From assembly GCA_965116495.1 (NCBI GenBank), contig OZ220696.1, forward strand, positions 1,664,001 to 1,728,000: a stretch of 64,000 nt of DNA, in the 5' to 3' direction. A program made the translations under genes and the position numbers. This DNA is from Gammaproteobacteria bacterium (GTDB lineage Bacteria > Pseudomonadota > Gammaproteobacteria > Eutrophobiales > Eutrophobiaceae). Positions 29,134-37,909 of this stretch are shown here, one piece after another. Each line of letters starts with the position of its first letter. The stretch's first letter is position 1. The notes beneath the pieces are model-generated. The model saw nothing but the letters and a program-made list of their open reading frames with translations, was not told the origin of the DNA and did no database searches.

Positions 29134-29949
29134 ATGAAAACCATTATCCATACCATCACCGCGTGCATCTTACTGGGTTACGCCACAGCCGGCTCTTCGG
29201 AGATAACGAAAATCAGCTTTGCGTTCATCGGCGCTACGAACAGCAGCGCCTATAACGGCATTGCCCAGGGCATTCATGAAGCGAACCTGCAAGGCCGGTT
29301 CCTGAACCAGAGTTATTCTTTAACGGAATTTACCGGGGAAGATATCGACTCAATCAATGGTGATGAGTTCATCGCCATTATCGTCGCCACGAATGCAGAC
29401 GACCTGCAACAGGCCGGAGAGCGATTTAAGGATCATGCAATCCTCAACGTCAGCGTACACGATGACGCGCTCAGGGAGGCGTGCAACCCCAACCTGCTCC
29501 ACATCATTCCCAGCAGCAATATGCTGGCTGACGCTAAAAATCAATGGCTGCAAAAATCTCCCGGTGACAAGATAGCCGTTTCCGGCTGGCACCCCGATTT
29601 TGTGAAGTTCGCGGCGCGGGACCTGAATAAACGATACAGGAAAAAATTTTCCGAACCCATGGACCAGTACGCCTGGGCCGGTTGGGCTGCGGTCAAGATG
29701 GCATCGGATTCCGTAGCAAGGAAAAACCTGACCGACCCGGCCGCGCTGCTTGACCATCTCAAGACCGGACTGTCGTTTGACGGCCAGAAGGGCCTGGATA
29801 TGGATTTTCGCGACACCGGCCAGTTGCGGCAACTACTGCTTATCGTTAATGCCGCCGGGGAACTGATGGGCGAGGCACCGGTCAGGGGCGTGGTCGCGCC
29901 CGGTGACGTAGATAGCCTGGGTCTGGCTTCCTGTTATAATTCGACGTAA
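29134..29949 (+). CDS. ABC substrate-binding protein of PQQ-alcohol dehydrogenase systems (PedA1-like)
   Basis: Signal peptide, EANLQGRF, DDALREAC..NLLH, WH, WAAVK, FDGQKG..FRDTGQLRQ. Confidence 0.72.
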   Translation: MKTIIHTITACILLGYATAGSSEITKISFAFIGATNSSAYNGIAQGIHEANLQGRFLNQSYSLTEFTGEDIDSINGDEFIAIIVATNADDLQQAGERFKDHAILNVSVHDDALREACNPNLLHIIPSSNMLADAKNQWLQKSPGDKIAVSGWHPDFVKFAARDLNKRYRKKFSEPMDQYAWAGWAAVKMASDSVARKNLTDPAALLDHLKTGLSFDGQKGLDMDFRDTGQLRQLLLIVNAAGELMGEAPVRGVVAPGDVDSLGLASCYNST

Positions 29950-29967
29950 AACCATATGGAGTAGAAA

Positions 29968-30918
29968 ATGAAGCATCTTATCAGCGTAATCGTGTTGTTC
30001 CTGTGTTGCTTTCAGCTTGTTCATGCTGCAAGCGGCCGTATCTTCATCACCAATGAGCGCAGTAACGATATCTCAATCATAGACGGCGCCTCGCTTGAAA
30101 TCGAAAAAACCATAGCAGTCGGCGACCGGCCCAGGGGGATCGGCATCTCTCCGGACGGCACGGAATTGTACATCGCGGTCAGTGAAGAGAATGCCATCGC
30201 GGTCCTTGACCTGAATACGCTGGAATTATTACGAAAATTCCAGGCCGGCTCAGATCCGGAGACCTTCGCGGTCCACCCGAACGGGAATATCTATATCTCC
30301 AATGAAGACGATGCAAAGGCATCGGTCTTCAATCCCAAGACCGGTGAACAACTGGCGGAGATACAGGTGGGTCTGGAGCCGGAAGGCGTGGCCATTTCGC
30401 CCGACGGAAAGCAGGTGATTGTCACCAGTGAATCAACCAACATGCTGCATGTCATACAGGTCCCCGAACATACGATTGTCGCCAACATCCTGGTCGGCGC
30501 CAGGCCGCGCGCGGCCGTGTTCACCAACGACGGCGCCATTGCATATTCCACCTCCGAAATCAGCGGCGAAGTGAAAAAAGTCGACATGACGACTCACGAA
30601 GTGATTTCGGTCAAAAAAATTGCCGACGACACGGCCAAACCCAAGGACGTGATATTAAGTAAGGATGAGACCAAGCTTTACGTGGCAGGCGGCAGGGCCA
30701 ACCAGGTCATCGTCCTGGACGCGGACACGATGGAACTCCTCAAGACCATTCCGGTAGGCAAGCGGGTCTGGGGACTGGCAATGACCAGGGACGGCAGCAA
30801 GGTGTTCAGCACCAACGGTGTCAGCGGCACCGTCTCAGTGATTGACACCGGTCAAGACGAGGTTATCAAAACAATTGAGGTCGGCAAGTTCCCCTGGGGT
30901 GTAGTGATAGATGACTAG
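29968..30918 (+). CDS. PQQ-catabolism-associated YVTN beta-propeller protein (PedA2-like)
   Basis: FITNERSNDISIID, VGDRPRGI, GSDPETF, NEDD, VGLEPEG, TSEST, VGKRVW, VGKFPWGV. Confidence 0.88.
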   Translation: MKHLISVIVLFLCCFQLVHAASGRIFITNERSNDISIIDGASLEIEKTIAVGDRPRGIGISPDGTELYIAVSEENAIAVLDLNTLELLRKFQAGSDPETFAVHPNGNIYISNEDDAKASVFNPKTGEQLAEIQVGLEPEGVAISPDGKQVIVTSESTNMLHVIQVPEHTIVANILVGARPRAAVFTNDGAIAYSTSEISGEVKKVDMTTHEVISVKKIADDTAKPKDVILSKDETKLYVAGGRANQVIVLDADTMELLKTIPVGKRVWGLAMTRDGSKVFSTNGVSGTVSVIDTGQDEVIKTIEVGKFPWGVVIDD

Positions 30919-31008
30919 TACTCTTTCAATTTAATTCTGACCGGTTAACTTGTCATAGGCCCGGTGCAGTTTGGTCCGGGCCTTGTCGACATCAAACATC
31001 CAGTTGAT
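30917..31008 (-). mobile_element. IS630-family remnant (3' end of transposase and right end)
   Basis: Minus-strand INWMFDVDKARTKLHRAYDKLTGQN* (31008-30931), ending GTACTAG at the CTAG that contains the upstream gene's stop. Confidence 0.7.
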
Positions 31009-31013
31009 ACTGG

Positions 31014-31145
31014 CTCGCCGCCGTGGTGCGCATCAGCGCCCGCCGGGTCTGGCTGGCCTTCACCTCCGGCTATCCGCACCAGGCCGCCTTCGCCGCCGCA
31101 CTCCAACGTCTGCGGGACGGCCCCGCGCCCGACCCGCCCGGCTGA
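31014..31145 (+). mobile_element. IS1380-family transposase C-terminal remnant
   Basis: [34 protein letters not shown]; abrupt very GC-rich patch. Confidence 0.65.
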
Positions 31146-31239
31146 CCCGCACGCCGCCCTGACCCGCACGGCGACCCTGCCGTGAACGGCGCCTCTTGGC
31201 CCAAGGAACGCCTCACACCTGCCCGGGCAGGGAAAAGGC

Positions 31240-31399
31240 CGCACTGCTCCCGGCTCAAATCAAACGGCAACCCCAGCGCGCCCAGCACCAGGTAGGCAGC
31301 TTCATCCAGGGCATTATCGGTCCCGTGGCCGTAACACAGATCAGCCCGGATGAACTGTTGCTCGGTCTGGTGGATAAGTTGGTGGAGAGTGGTAGACAT
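31240..31399 (-). pseudogene. prmB: 5' fragment of ribosomal protein L3 glutamine methyltransferase
   Basis: [27 protein letters not shown] then loss of homology into IS DNA. Confidence 0.75.
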
Positions 31400-31474
31400 G
31401 AAAGTTTTGCATTAACTGCGCACTCTGCGTACGCTATTAATTGTATACCTGCACTCCTCTGTTCATCTGCGGTC

Positions 31475-32368
31475 TTATTTCAAACACTTGTTAATTTCAT
31501 CAATCACACCGTGGGCGAAAGATGAGGATTTTTCCTTGTGTATTACCGCATACCAATCAACAAACAATCGCTCTTCAGTCAATGACCGGGTGGTCACCGG
31601 ATGGGTTTTCAGGTAGGGCGCCAGTATCCATTGAGTAAGCACGGTTACGCCGAGTCCGGCGCTGACCATTTCAATAATGGCATCGGTCCTGCCGATGCGG
31701 ATTATTTTCTTGATCCTGGTGCGGGAATGACTGAAAAACAGGTCATACTCTCTGCCTTTTTCCGGCACTGTTTCATAGGCAAAATAGGTTTCGGAAGCGA
31801 AATCCTCAACTTCAAGGTGAGCCTGTGCGGCCTTGGGGTGGTCAGTCGGTAACACTGCCACCATCTCATCCTGAAATAGTTTTATCGATTCCAGCTTATC
31901 ACCATTACAGGGATAGGAGACGATGGCCAGGTCAATAGCATTGTCTTGCAGCGCTTGCTCGGGATCATTAACGACGTCAGCGACCAGTTCCACTTCCACG
32001 TCCGGGTTTGATTGGCGAAAACCCTGAATCACCCGGGGCAACCAATGATAGGTGCCGTAGGCTTTCATGCCGAGGCGAACGGATTCGAAATTTTTTGCTG
32101 CCGCAGTGCTGATTTGATATTCGACGTTTTCCAGTTCCTTGAGAATAATCTCCGCCGAAAACAATAATCTCCTGCCGGCGTCCGTCAAAAACAATTTTCT
32201 GTTTTTTCTTTCAAATAACAGGGCGTCCAGCCTTCTCTCTGCATCATGAAGCCGATGGCTGAGGGCAGATTGAGTGACACCGAGTTGCCGGGCTGCCTCA
32301 GTGACGCTACCGGTATCGCTGATGGCCTTGATCATGCGCAAATGCAGTATTTCCAGCTTCAGATTCAT
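31475..32368 (-). CDS. LysR family transcriptional regulator (MetR-like)
   Basis: GSVTEAARQLGVTQSALSHRL HTH, YHWLP; divergent from kynU. Confidence 0.93.
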   Translation of the reverse strand: MNLKLEILHLRMIKAISDTGSVTEAARQLGVTQSALSHRLHDAERRLDALLFERKNRKLFLTDAGRRLLFSAEIILKELENVEYQISTAAAKNFESVRLGMKAYGTYHWLPRVIQGFRQSNPDVEVELVADVVNDPEQALQDNAIDLAIVSYPCNGDKLESIKLFQDEMVAVLPTDHPKAAQAHLEVEDFASETYFAYETVPEKGREYDLFFSHSRTRIKKIIRIGRTDAIIEMVSAGLGVTVLTQWILAPYLKTHPVTTRSLTEERLFVDWYAVIHKEKSSSFAHGVIDEINKCLK

Positions 32369-32376
32369 AATTAAAC

Positions 32377-32405
32377 ATGAGATTTTCTCATATTTTATAT
32401 GAGAA
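32377..32405. promoter_or_regulatory. Putative LysR binding sites
   Basis: ATGAG-ATTTT-CTCAT (T-N11-A palindrome) overlapping TTCTCATA-N5-TATGAGAA in the divergent intergenic region. Confidence 0.55.
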
Positions 32406-32471
32406 TTATGAATTTTACTAATTTATCTTCCCTGACTATATTTTGTTCTTGATACCAGAGGCAACTGACAC

Positions 32472-33713
32472 ATGGCAGATTTAACATTTACAGATATACA
32501 AGCGCTTGATGCAAGCGATCCGCTTGCGTATGTGCGAGAACGTTTTGAATTACCCCCTGATACGCGGTATTTCGCCGGTAATTCACTGGGCGCATTGCCG
32601 AAAACCATTCCGCAACGCCTGCAGAAACTGGCGCTGGAGGAGTGGGGGCAGAATTTGGTGCGCGGCTGGTTACGGGATGACTGGTTTCAACTCCCGCAAA
32701 CCGTGGGCGACAAGCTGGCAGGATTGATCGGCGCTGATAAAGGAGAGGTGGTCGTTTGTGACAGCACCTCGGTCAACCTCTACAAGCTGGCTGTCGCGGC
32801 GCTGCACCTGCGCCCGCAGCGCAACAAGATCATCACCACTTCAGATAACTTCCCGACGGGACTGTATATCCTGCAGGGACTGGCAGCAACACTGGATCGG
32901 GATATCGAACTCAAAATCCTGGAACCGGACGAATTTCTTGACGCCGTGGACGAGGAGACAGCCTTGGTTACGCTGACTCACGTCGATTACAGAACGGGCT
33001 ATCTCCATGACATGGAGGCAGTCACCCGGCGCGCACACACCAACGGCGCGCTGGCGTTATGGGATTTGTCGCACAGTTGCGGCGCCATGCCGCTTGACCT
33101 TAACGCCTGTAACGTCGATATGGCTATCGGCTGTGGCTACAAATACCTGAATGCGGGGCCCGGCGCGCCGGCATTTTTGTTCGTTAGAAAAGACCTGCAA
33201 GCGCAGGTCAGACAACCGCTGACCGGCTGGATGGGACATGCCGACCCGTTTGCCATGAGTCAGCAATACGAGCCGGCCCCGGATATCCGGCGCCTGCTGT
33301 GCGGTACACACCTGGTGCCCGGCCTGGTGTGCCTGGACGAAGCGATGAACGTCTTTGCGGATATCGATATGCGGGCAGTGGCGCAGAAATCCGCAAAAAT
33401 GGGCAAGTGTTTCATCCGCCTGATGGAACAACGTTGCAACCAATACGGCTTTACGCTGGCCTCACCAGCGGCAAACGAACGGCGCGGCAGCCAGGTCTGT
33501 TTTCGGCATGAACAGGCTTATCCCATCGTACAAGCCTTGATCGAACGTAACGTGATCTGTGATTTCCGCGCGCCGGATATCGTTCGTTTCGGACTGGCAA
33601 CCCTGTATTCGAGATACCGGGATATCTGGGAGGCAGTCGCCGTGATTGTCGCCGTTATGGAAGAACAGGCGTGGCAGCAGGACCAGTTCAGCCAACTGGC
33701 GGCAGTAACATAA
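32472..33713 (+). CDS. kynU: Kynureninase
   Basis: GNSLG, DSTSVNLYK, DNFPT, WDLSHSCG, GCGYKYLNAGPG (PLP Lys), RGSQV, DFRAPD. Confidence 0.95.
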   Translation: MADLTFTDIQALDASDPLAYVRERFELPPDTRYFAGNSLGALPKTIPQRLQKLALEEWGQNLVRGWLRDDWFQLPQTVGDKLAGLIGADKGEVVVCDSTSVNLYKLAVAALHLRPQRNKIITTSDNFPTGLYILQGLAATLDRDIELKILEPDEFLDAVDEETALVTLTHVDYRTGYLHDMEAVTRRAHTNGALALWDLSHSCGAMPLDLNACNVDMAIGCGYKYLNAGPGAPAFLFVRKDLQAQVRQPLTGWMGHADPFAMSQQYEPAPDIRRLLCGTHLVPGLVCLDEAMNVFADIDMRAVAQKSAKMGKCFIRLMEQRCNQYGFTLASPAANERRGSQVCFRHEQAYPIVQALIERNVICDFRAPDIVRFGLATLYSRYRDIWEAVAVIVAVMEEQAWQQDQFSQLAAVT

Positions 33714-33754
33714 CATTATATCTTGTCAAATCAGTAATCAAGCCGGGGGCAATC

Positions 33755-36070
33755 ATGAATAAATTCCCAGAGGACATACTTAAACAAGCAGTAATTTTGT
33801 TTTCTTTGTTGGTTTTAACCTCTCAGACAGTCTATTCTCAAAACGTATTGGAGGAGATTGTGGTGACCGCGACAAAACGGGGCCAGGTGAGTATCCAGGA
33901 CACTGCTATCGCTATCCAGGCATTGAGCGAAGAAATGCTGGACAGGCGCGGCGTCGTTGAGTTTGCGGACTGGGCTTATGCTGTCCCGGGACTTGAATTC
34001 AGGGACAACGGGCCAGGTGACAAACAGTATATCATGCGCGGCGTCGCCTCGCGTGCAGCCTCACCCGTCGGCGTGTACTTCAATGAGGCAGTGTTGACCG
34101 CCAATAACACTACCAATGAGGGTGGCGGGCGCAATGCGGAGATCAAGCTGTACGATATTGAACGAATCGAAGTATTGAAGGGGCCGCAGGGAACCCTGTA
34201 CGGCGCCAACTCCATGGCGGGGACGGTAAAAATCATCAGCAAACAACCGCAATTCAACGAGTTTGACTCATACGTTGAGGGGCTGGTTTCCACGACTGAA
34301 AAAGGCAGTGAAAGTTATAACGGCAGCGCCATGCTCAATATGCCGGTGATTGATGATCAGCTAGCCCTGCGTCTGGTGGGCTGGTACGAGAACAATGGGG
34401 GATATATCGACCAGATTCGTCATGGAGTGAAAGATGCCAATGAAGAAGATACCTATGGCGCACGCTTACATTTGCGCTATGAGCCCGCCGATTATCTTCG
34501 CTTCAATGTGATGGCGCTGTACCAGGATACGGAAGTCGATGATGTTTCACGCTACACCAAAGGGGCATCACTGACGCCGCCCGCCCCGCCTCTTGACACC
34601 ATTGCCGGCGGGCCGGAGTTGGCGGCCACCCGCATACCCGGGGGTGACCTGGTGAATCATGACTACGTGTTTCAACCTTGGGAAGACAAGTCTGAAATTT
34701 ACAGTTTTCAGGTGGAATGGGACATCGGACAGGTCACCCTCACAGGCGCCACTAACTGGTACGACCGTGAGAACCTGTATGGTTTCGACTCCGCCTCGAC
34801 CGACTTCACGTTCAGAGGTGTCGGCTATCCTTTCGTGAGCACCGCCTCATTTCCTCAGGAACGCTCGTTATGGAGCAATGAAATTCGTCTGGCCTCGCAA
34901 TTCGACGGCAGGTTCAATTTTGTTCTTGGCGGCTATACACAGGTTGAAGAGGCCGACTATGACGTGGAGATCGTCGTCAGCGGGCCGGAGGGGCGGCGCC
35001 TGCCATTTAACCCCAATACCGAGGGCTACTTCGGACCCGGGACCGGGAAACCCGGCAACGCGGCCTTTGGTCGCACCCTGAGTTACTCCCTGTTTCAATC
35101 TGCGCTGTTCGGCGAGTTGACATTTGACTTTACCGACCGGGTCAGCATTCAGGCGGGCGGCCGTTTTTTCTGGTCCGACCAGGAAATAGAGGAGCAGGCA
35201 ATAAAGCCGATTGGCGCTATCGGCGCCGGTCCGGTACTGAATACAGATTTCACCAGTAACCGTTTCACTCCCAAGGTGTCTTTTTCTTACGACGTCACGG
35301 AGGATGCAATGCTGTATTTCACCTATACCGAAGGCTTTCGGGTAGGGGGAATTAACCAGCGCACGCCGTTCGCGCCCATCCCCCCATCTTATAACCCGGA
35401 TAACCTCAGCAATCTTGAAGCGGGATGGAAAACGACCTGGATGGACCGACGCCTGACCTTGAACGGATCCGTTTACTGGATTAACTGGGAAGATATACAA
35501 ATCGTGCAGGCCGATGCGATTACCGGCATATTCAATTTCGTCAGCAATGGCGGAGAGGCGCGTATCCGCGGCCTGGAAATGCAGGCAGACTTTATCCCGG
35601 TTGCAAACTGGGAATTCTCGGCGGCGTTGGCTTATACCGATGCCAAAATTGTAGAGGATCAACCCCAGATATTTCTGGGACCTCCCGTACCGCTCATCCG
35701 CACGCCGCTAATGAAAGGTGACGATGTCCCCGGCGTGCCCGAATTTTCTGCAACACTGTTCACCCAGTATTCACGTGCACTGGCCGCTTCAGGGCTTGAG
35801 GTGGCCGTCAGCGGAGATATATCATATGTCGGGTCATCCTCGACCGAAGGCAACGCGCGCAATCCCTTCAACCGAGAGACAGGGGACTATGCTGTGGTCA
35901 ATGTTCGCGCTGCCATATTGCGGCAGGATGCCTGGAGCGTAACGGCGTTTCTCGACAATGCGTTTGACAAGAGGGCTATCGTGGACATCATCGCCGATTC
36001 ACAGAACCCGGATGATATTACTACCCTACGCCCGCGCACATTTGGAATCAGAACCAGGCTGGATTTCTGA
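33755..36070 (+). CDS. TonB-dependent receptor
   Basis: LEEIVVTATKR, DIERIEVLKGPQGTLYGANSMAG, C-terminal PRTFGIRTRLDF. Confidence 0.93.
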   Translation: MNKFPEDILKQAVILFSLLVLTSQTVYSQNVLEEIVVTATKRGQVSIQDTAIAIQALSEEMLDRRGVVEFADWAYAVPGLEFRDNGPGDKQYIMRGVASRAASPVGVYFNEAVLTANNTTNEGGGRNAEIKLYDIERIEVLKGPQGTLYGANSMAGTVKIISKQPQFNEFDSYVEGLVSTTEKGSESYNGSAMLNMPVIDDQLALRLVGWYENNGGYIDQIRHGVKDANEEDTYGARLHLRYEPADYLRFNVMALYQDTEVDDVSRYTKGASLTPPAPPLDTIAGGPELAATRIPGGDLVNHDYVFQPWEDKSEIYSFQVEWDIGQVTLTGATNWYDRENLYGFDSASTDFTFRGVGYPFVSTASFPQERSLWSNEIRLASQFDGRFNFVLGGYTQVEEADYDVEIVVSGPEGRRLPFNPNTEGYFGPGTGKPGNAAFGRTLSYSLFQSALFGELTFDFTDRVSIQAGGRFFWSDQEIEEQAIKPIGAIGAGPVLNTDFTSNRFTPKVSFSYDVTEDAMLYFTYTEGFRVGGINQRTPFAPIPPSYNPDNLSNLEAGWKTTWMDRRLTLNGSVYWINWEDIQIVQADAITGIFNFVSNGGEARIRGLEMQADFIPVANWEFSAALAYTDAKIVEDQPQIFLGPPVPLIRTPLMKGDDVPGVPEFSATLFTQYSRALAASGLEVAVSGDISYVGSSSTEGNARNPFNRETGDYAVVNVRAAILRQDAWSVTAFLDNAFDKRAIVDIIADSQNPDDITTLRPRTFGIRTRLDF

Positions 36071-36102
36071 GTGAACACCCGTCAGCGCCCTGGCAGTGAG
36101 AG

Positions 36103-36900
36103 ATGCGAATGCCTGTAAAGCGGGTTGGATTAATCGGTTTCGGATTTGTTGGCAGCAGGCTGTATCACAGGTTGACGGAACGCCACCCCGACGTGGAAAT
36201 CGGCTTCGTTTACAACCGCAGCCGCCCGGCGCTGGCAGGACTGCCGCAGGAGATTATTCTTGACGATCCAGACGTTGCAGCGCAACGTGGTTGTGATTTG
36301 ATCGTAGAGATGGCTCACCCGCAAATCACTGAGCAGTATGGCGCCGGCTTTCTCAGGTGCGCGGATTATATGCCGCTTTCCGTGAACGGCCTCGTCGATG
36401 CGACCCTGCTCAAAAAACTGGTCGAAATTGCGGCAGAAAATGGCCGCCGGTTATTCATTCCACATGGCGCGCTGATGGGATGCGACAACCTGATTGAATG
36501 GAAACATATGTGGCAGGAAGTGTCTGTCTCCATGCGCAAGCATCCTGAACACTTGAATATCCAGGATTTACCGGAGCATGTCGGCGCCGGCAGTAAGGAA
36601 ACCGTACTATACGACGGCCCGGTATCAGGCATCGCGCGCAAATTTCCCCGAAACGTCAACGTGATGGTAGCCTGCGCACTCGCGACAATCGGAACAGACC
36701 GATGTCAGGGCCGGTTGATCGCTGATCCTGCAGCGGAACGTGCCGTGCTTGAAGTGGCCGCAACCGGTAAAGACGGCTCCAGACTCTACATGAGAAAAGA
36801 AGCGCCGATGGCGGGCGTCTCCGGCGCAGAGATGTTCGAATCCCAGTATCGTTCGGTGCTGAAGGCGCTGGGGCTGTACCAAACCCTGGATTTTGTATAG
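36103..36900 (+). CDS. Aspartate dehydrogenase-domain protein (DUF108), ASPDH-like
   Basis: Rossmann GFGFVG, FVYNR, EMAHP, HGALMG, LYDGPV, FPRNVN, LIADP. Confidence 0.8.
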   Translation: MRMPVKRVGLIGFGFVGSRLYHRLTERHPDVEIGFVYNRSRPALAGLPQEIILDDPDVAAQRGCDLIVEMAHPQITEQYGAGFLRCADYMPLSVNGLVDATLLKKLVEIAAENGRRLFIPHGALMGCDNLIEWKHMWQEVSVSMRKHPEHLNIQDLPEHVGAGSKETVLYDGPVSGIARKFPRNVNVMVACALATIGTDRCQGRLIADPAAERAVLEVAATGKDGSRLYMRKEAPMAGVSGAEMFESQYRSVLKALGLYQTLDFV

Positions 36901-36909
36901 GCAATCCAC

Positions 36910-37842
36910 TTGACATTCCAGTTTCTGACCCAGTACGTTTTTCCTGCCATTATTTTTACCATCATGTTCGGGATGGGACTGGCCCTGCGAACGGATGACT
37001 TTCGACCTGTCCTCTTGCAACCGAAGGCCGCCCTGTTAGGTCTTGCAGGACAGATGGTTCTGCTGCCCTTATGGGGTTTGCTGATAACCCGCCTGTTGCC
37101 GGTGCCGGCGGAAATCGCAGTGGGACTCATGCTTCTTGCTGCCAGCCCGGGCGGGGTCACCTCCAATGCCATCTCGTTTGCCGCAAGGGCTGATATTGCC
37201 TTGTCAATTTGCCTGACCGCGGTTTCGAGTATCCTGGTATCTTTCACCTTGCCGTTGTGGGCTGCCTATGCCATCAGCACGTATATGGACTATGATGCCG
37301 AATTGAGTTTGCCGATCGGAAAAAGTATTTTGCAACTGGCATTGTTGACGATTTTGCCGATGGCGACAGGTATGATAACCCGGCGTTATGCTGGCGAGAG
37401 AGCAATCGGACCGGTCGAATTTTTCCGCAAGTTTTCAATCGTTTTAATTTGTTTTCTTGCGCTCAGCACGGTGTGGTTTAACCTGGATTACTTCAGCAGT
37501 CTGGCAGATTTCCTTACCGTCACGATGTTATGTGTCCTGTTTATGGTCACGATCATGTGTATCGCTTACATGACATCCGTCTACTTCAGGCTTTCCGCCC
37601 GTCAAGGCATCACCATTGTCATTGAGACGGGCATACAGAATTTGGCTATTACGCTGTTGGTAGTCATGACATTGTTGCAACGCCCGGAAATTGGCCGGTT
37701 GCCGCTGGTCTATGGTATGTTAATGATCACAGTGCCCTGGTTTTTTGTGGCATATTTCAAACGTCAACAAAGTTCCTGTGCCAGAGTCAACAGCGACACG
37801 GCTATTGCGGGAGGTTCCGATGAGCAAACTCAACGCCTTTAA
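36910..37842 (+). CDS. Bile acid:sodium symporter family transporter
   Basis: MFGMGL, PGGVTSN, ETGIQN; multiple TM helices. Confidence 0.9.
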   Translation: MTFQFLTQYVFPAIIFTIMFGMGLALRTDDFRPVLLQPKAALLGLAGQMVLLPLWGLLITRLLPVPAEIAVGLMLLAASPGGVTSNAISFAARADIALSICLTAVSSILVSFTLPLWAAYAISTYMDYDAELSLPIGKSILQLALLTILPMATGMITRRYAGERAIGPVEFFRKFSIVLICFLALSTVWFNLDYFSSLADFLTVTMLCVLFMVTIMCIAYMTSVYFRLSARQGITIVIETGIQNLAITLLVVMTLLQRPEIGRLPLVYGMLMITVPWFFVAYFKRQQSSCARVNSDTAIAGGSDEQTQRL

Positions 37843-37909
37843 CTTCCAGGCCTGGATTGACGAACACAGACACCTGCTCAAACCGCCGGTGGGCTGGGTC
37901 GGATTATGA
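37820..37909 (+). pseudogene. nbaC: 5' remnant of 3-hydroxyanthranilate 3,4-dioxygenase
   Basis: GGAGG RBS then MSKLNAFNFQAWIDEHRHLLKPPVG-WVGL*, the 3-HAO N-terminus, joined directly to the next gene. Confidence 0.8.
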
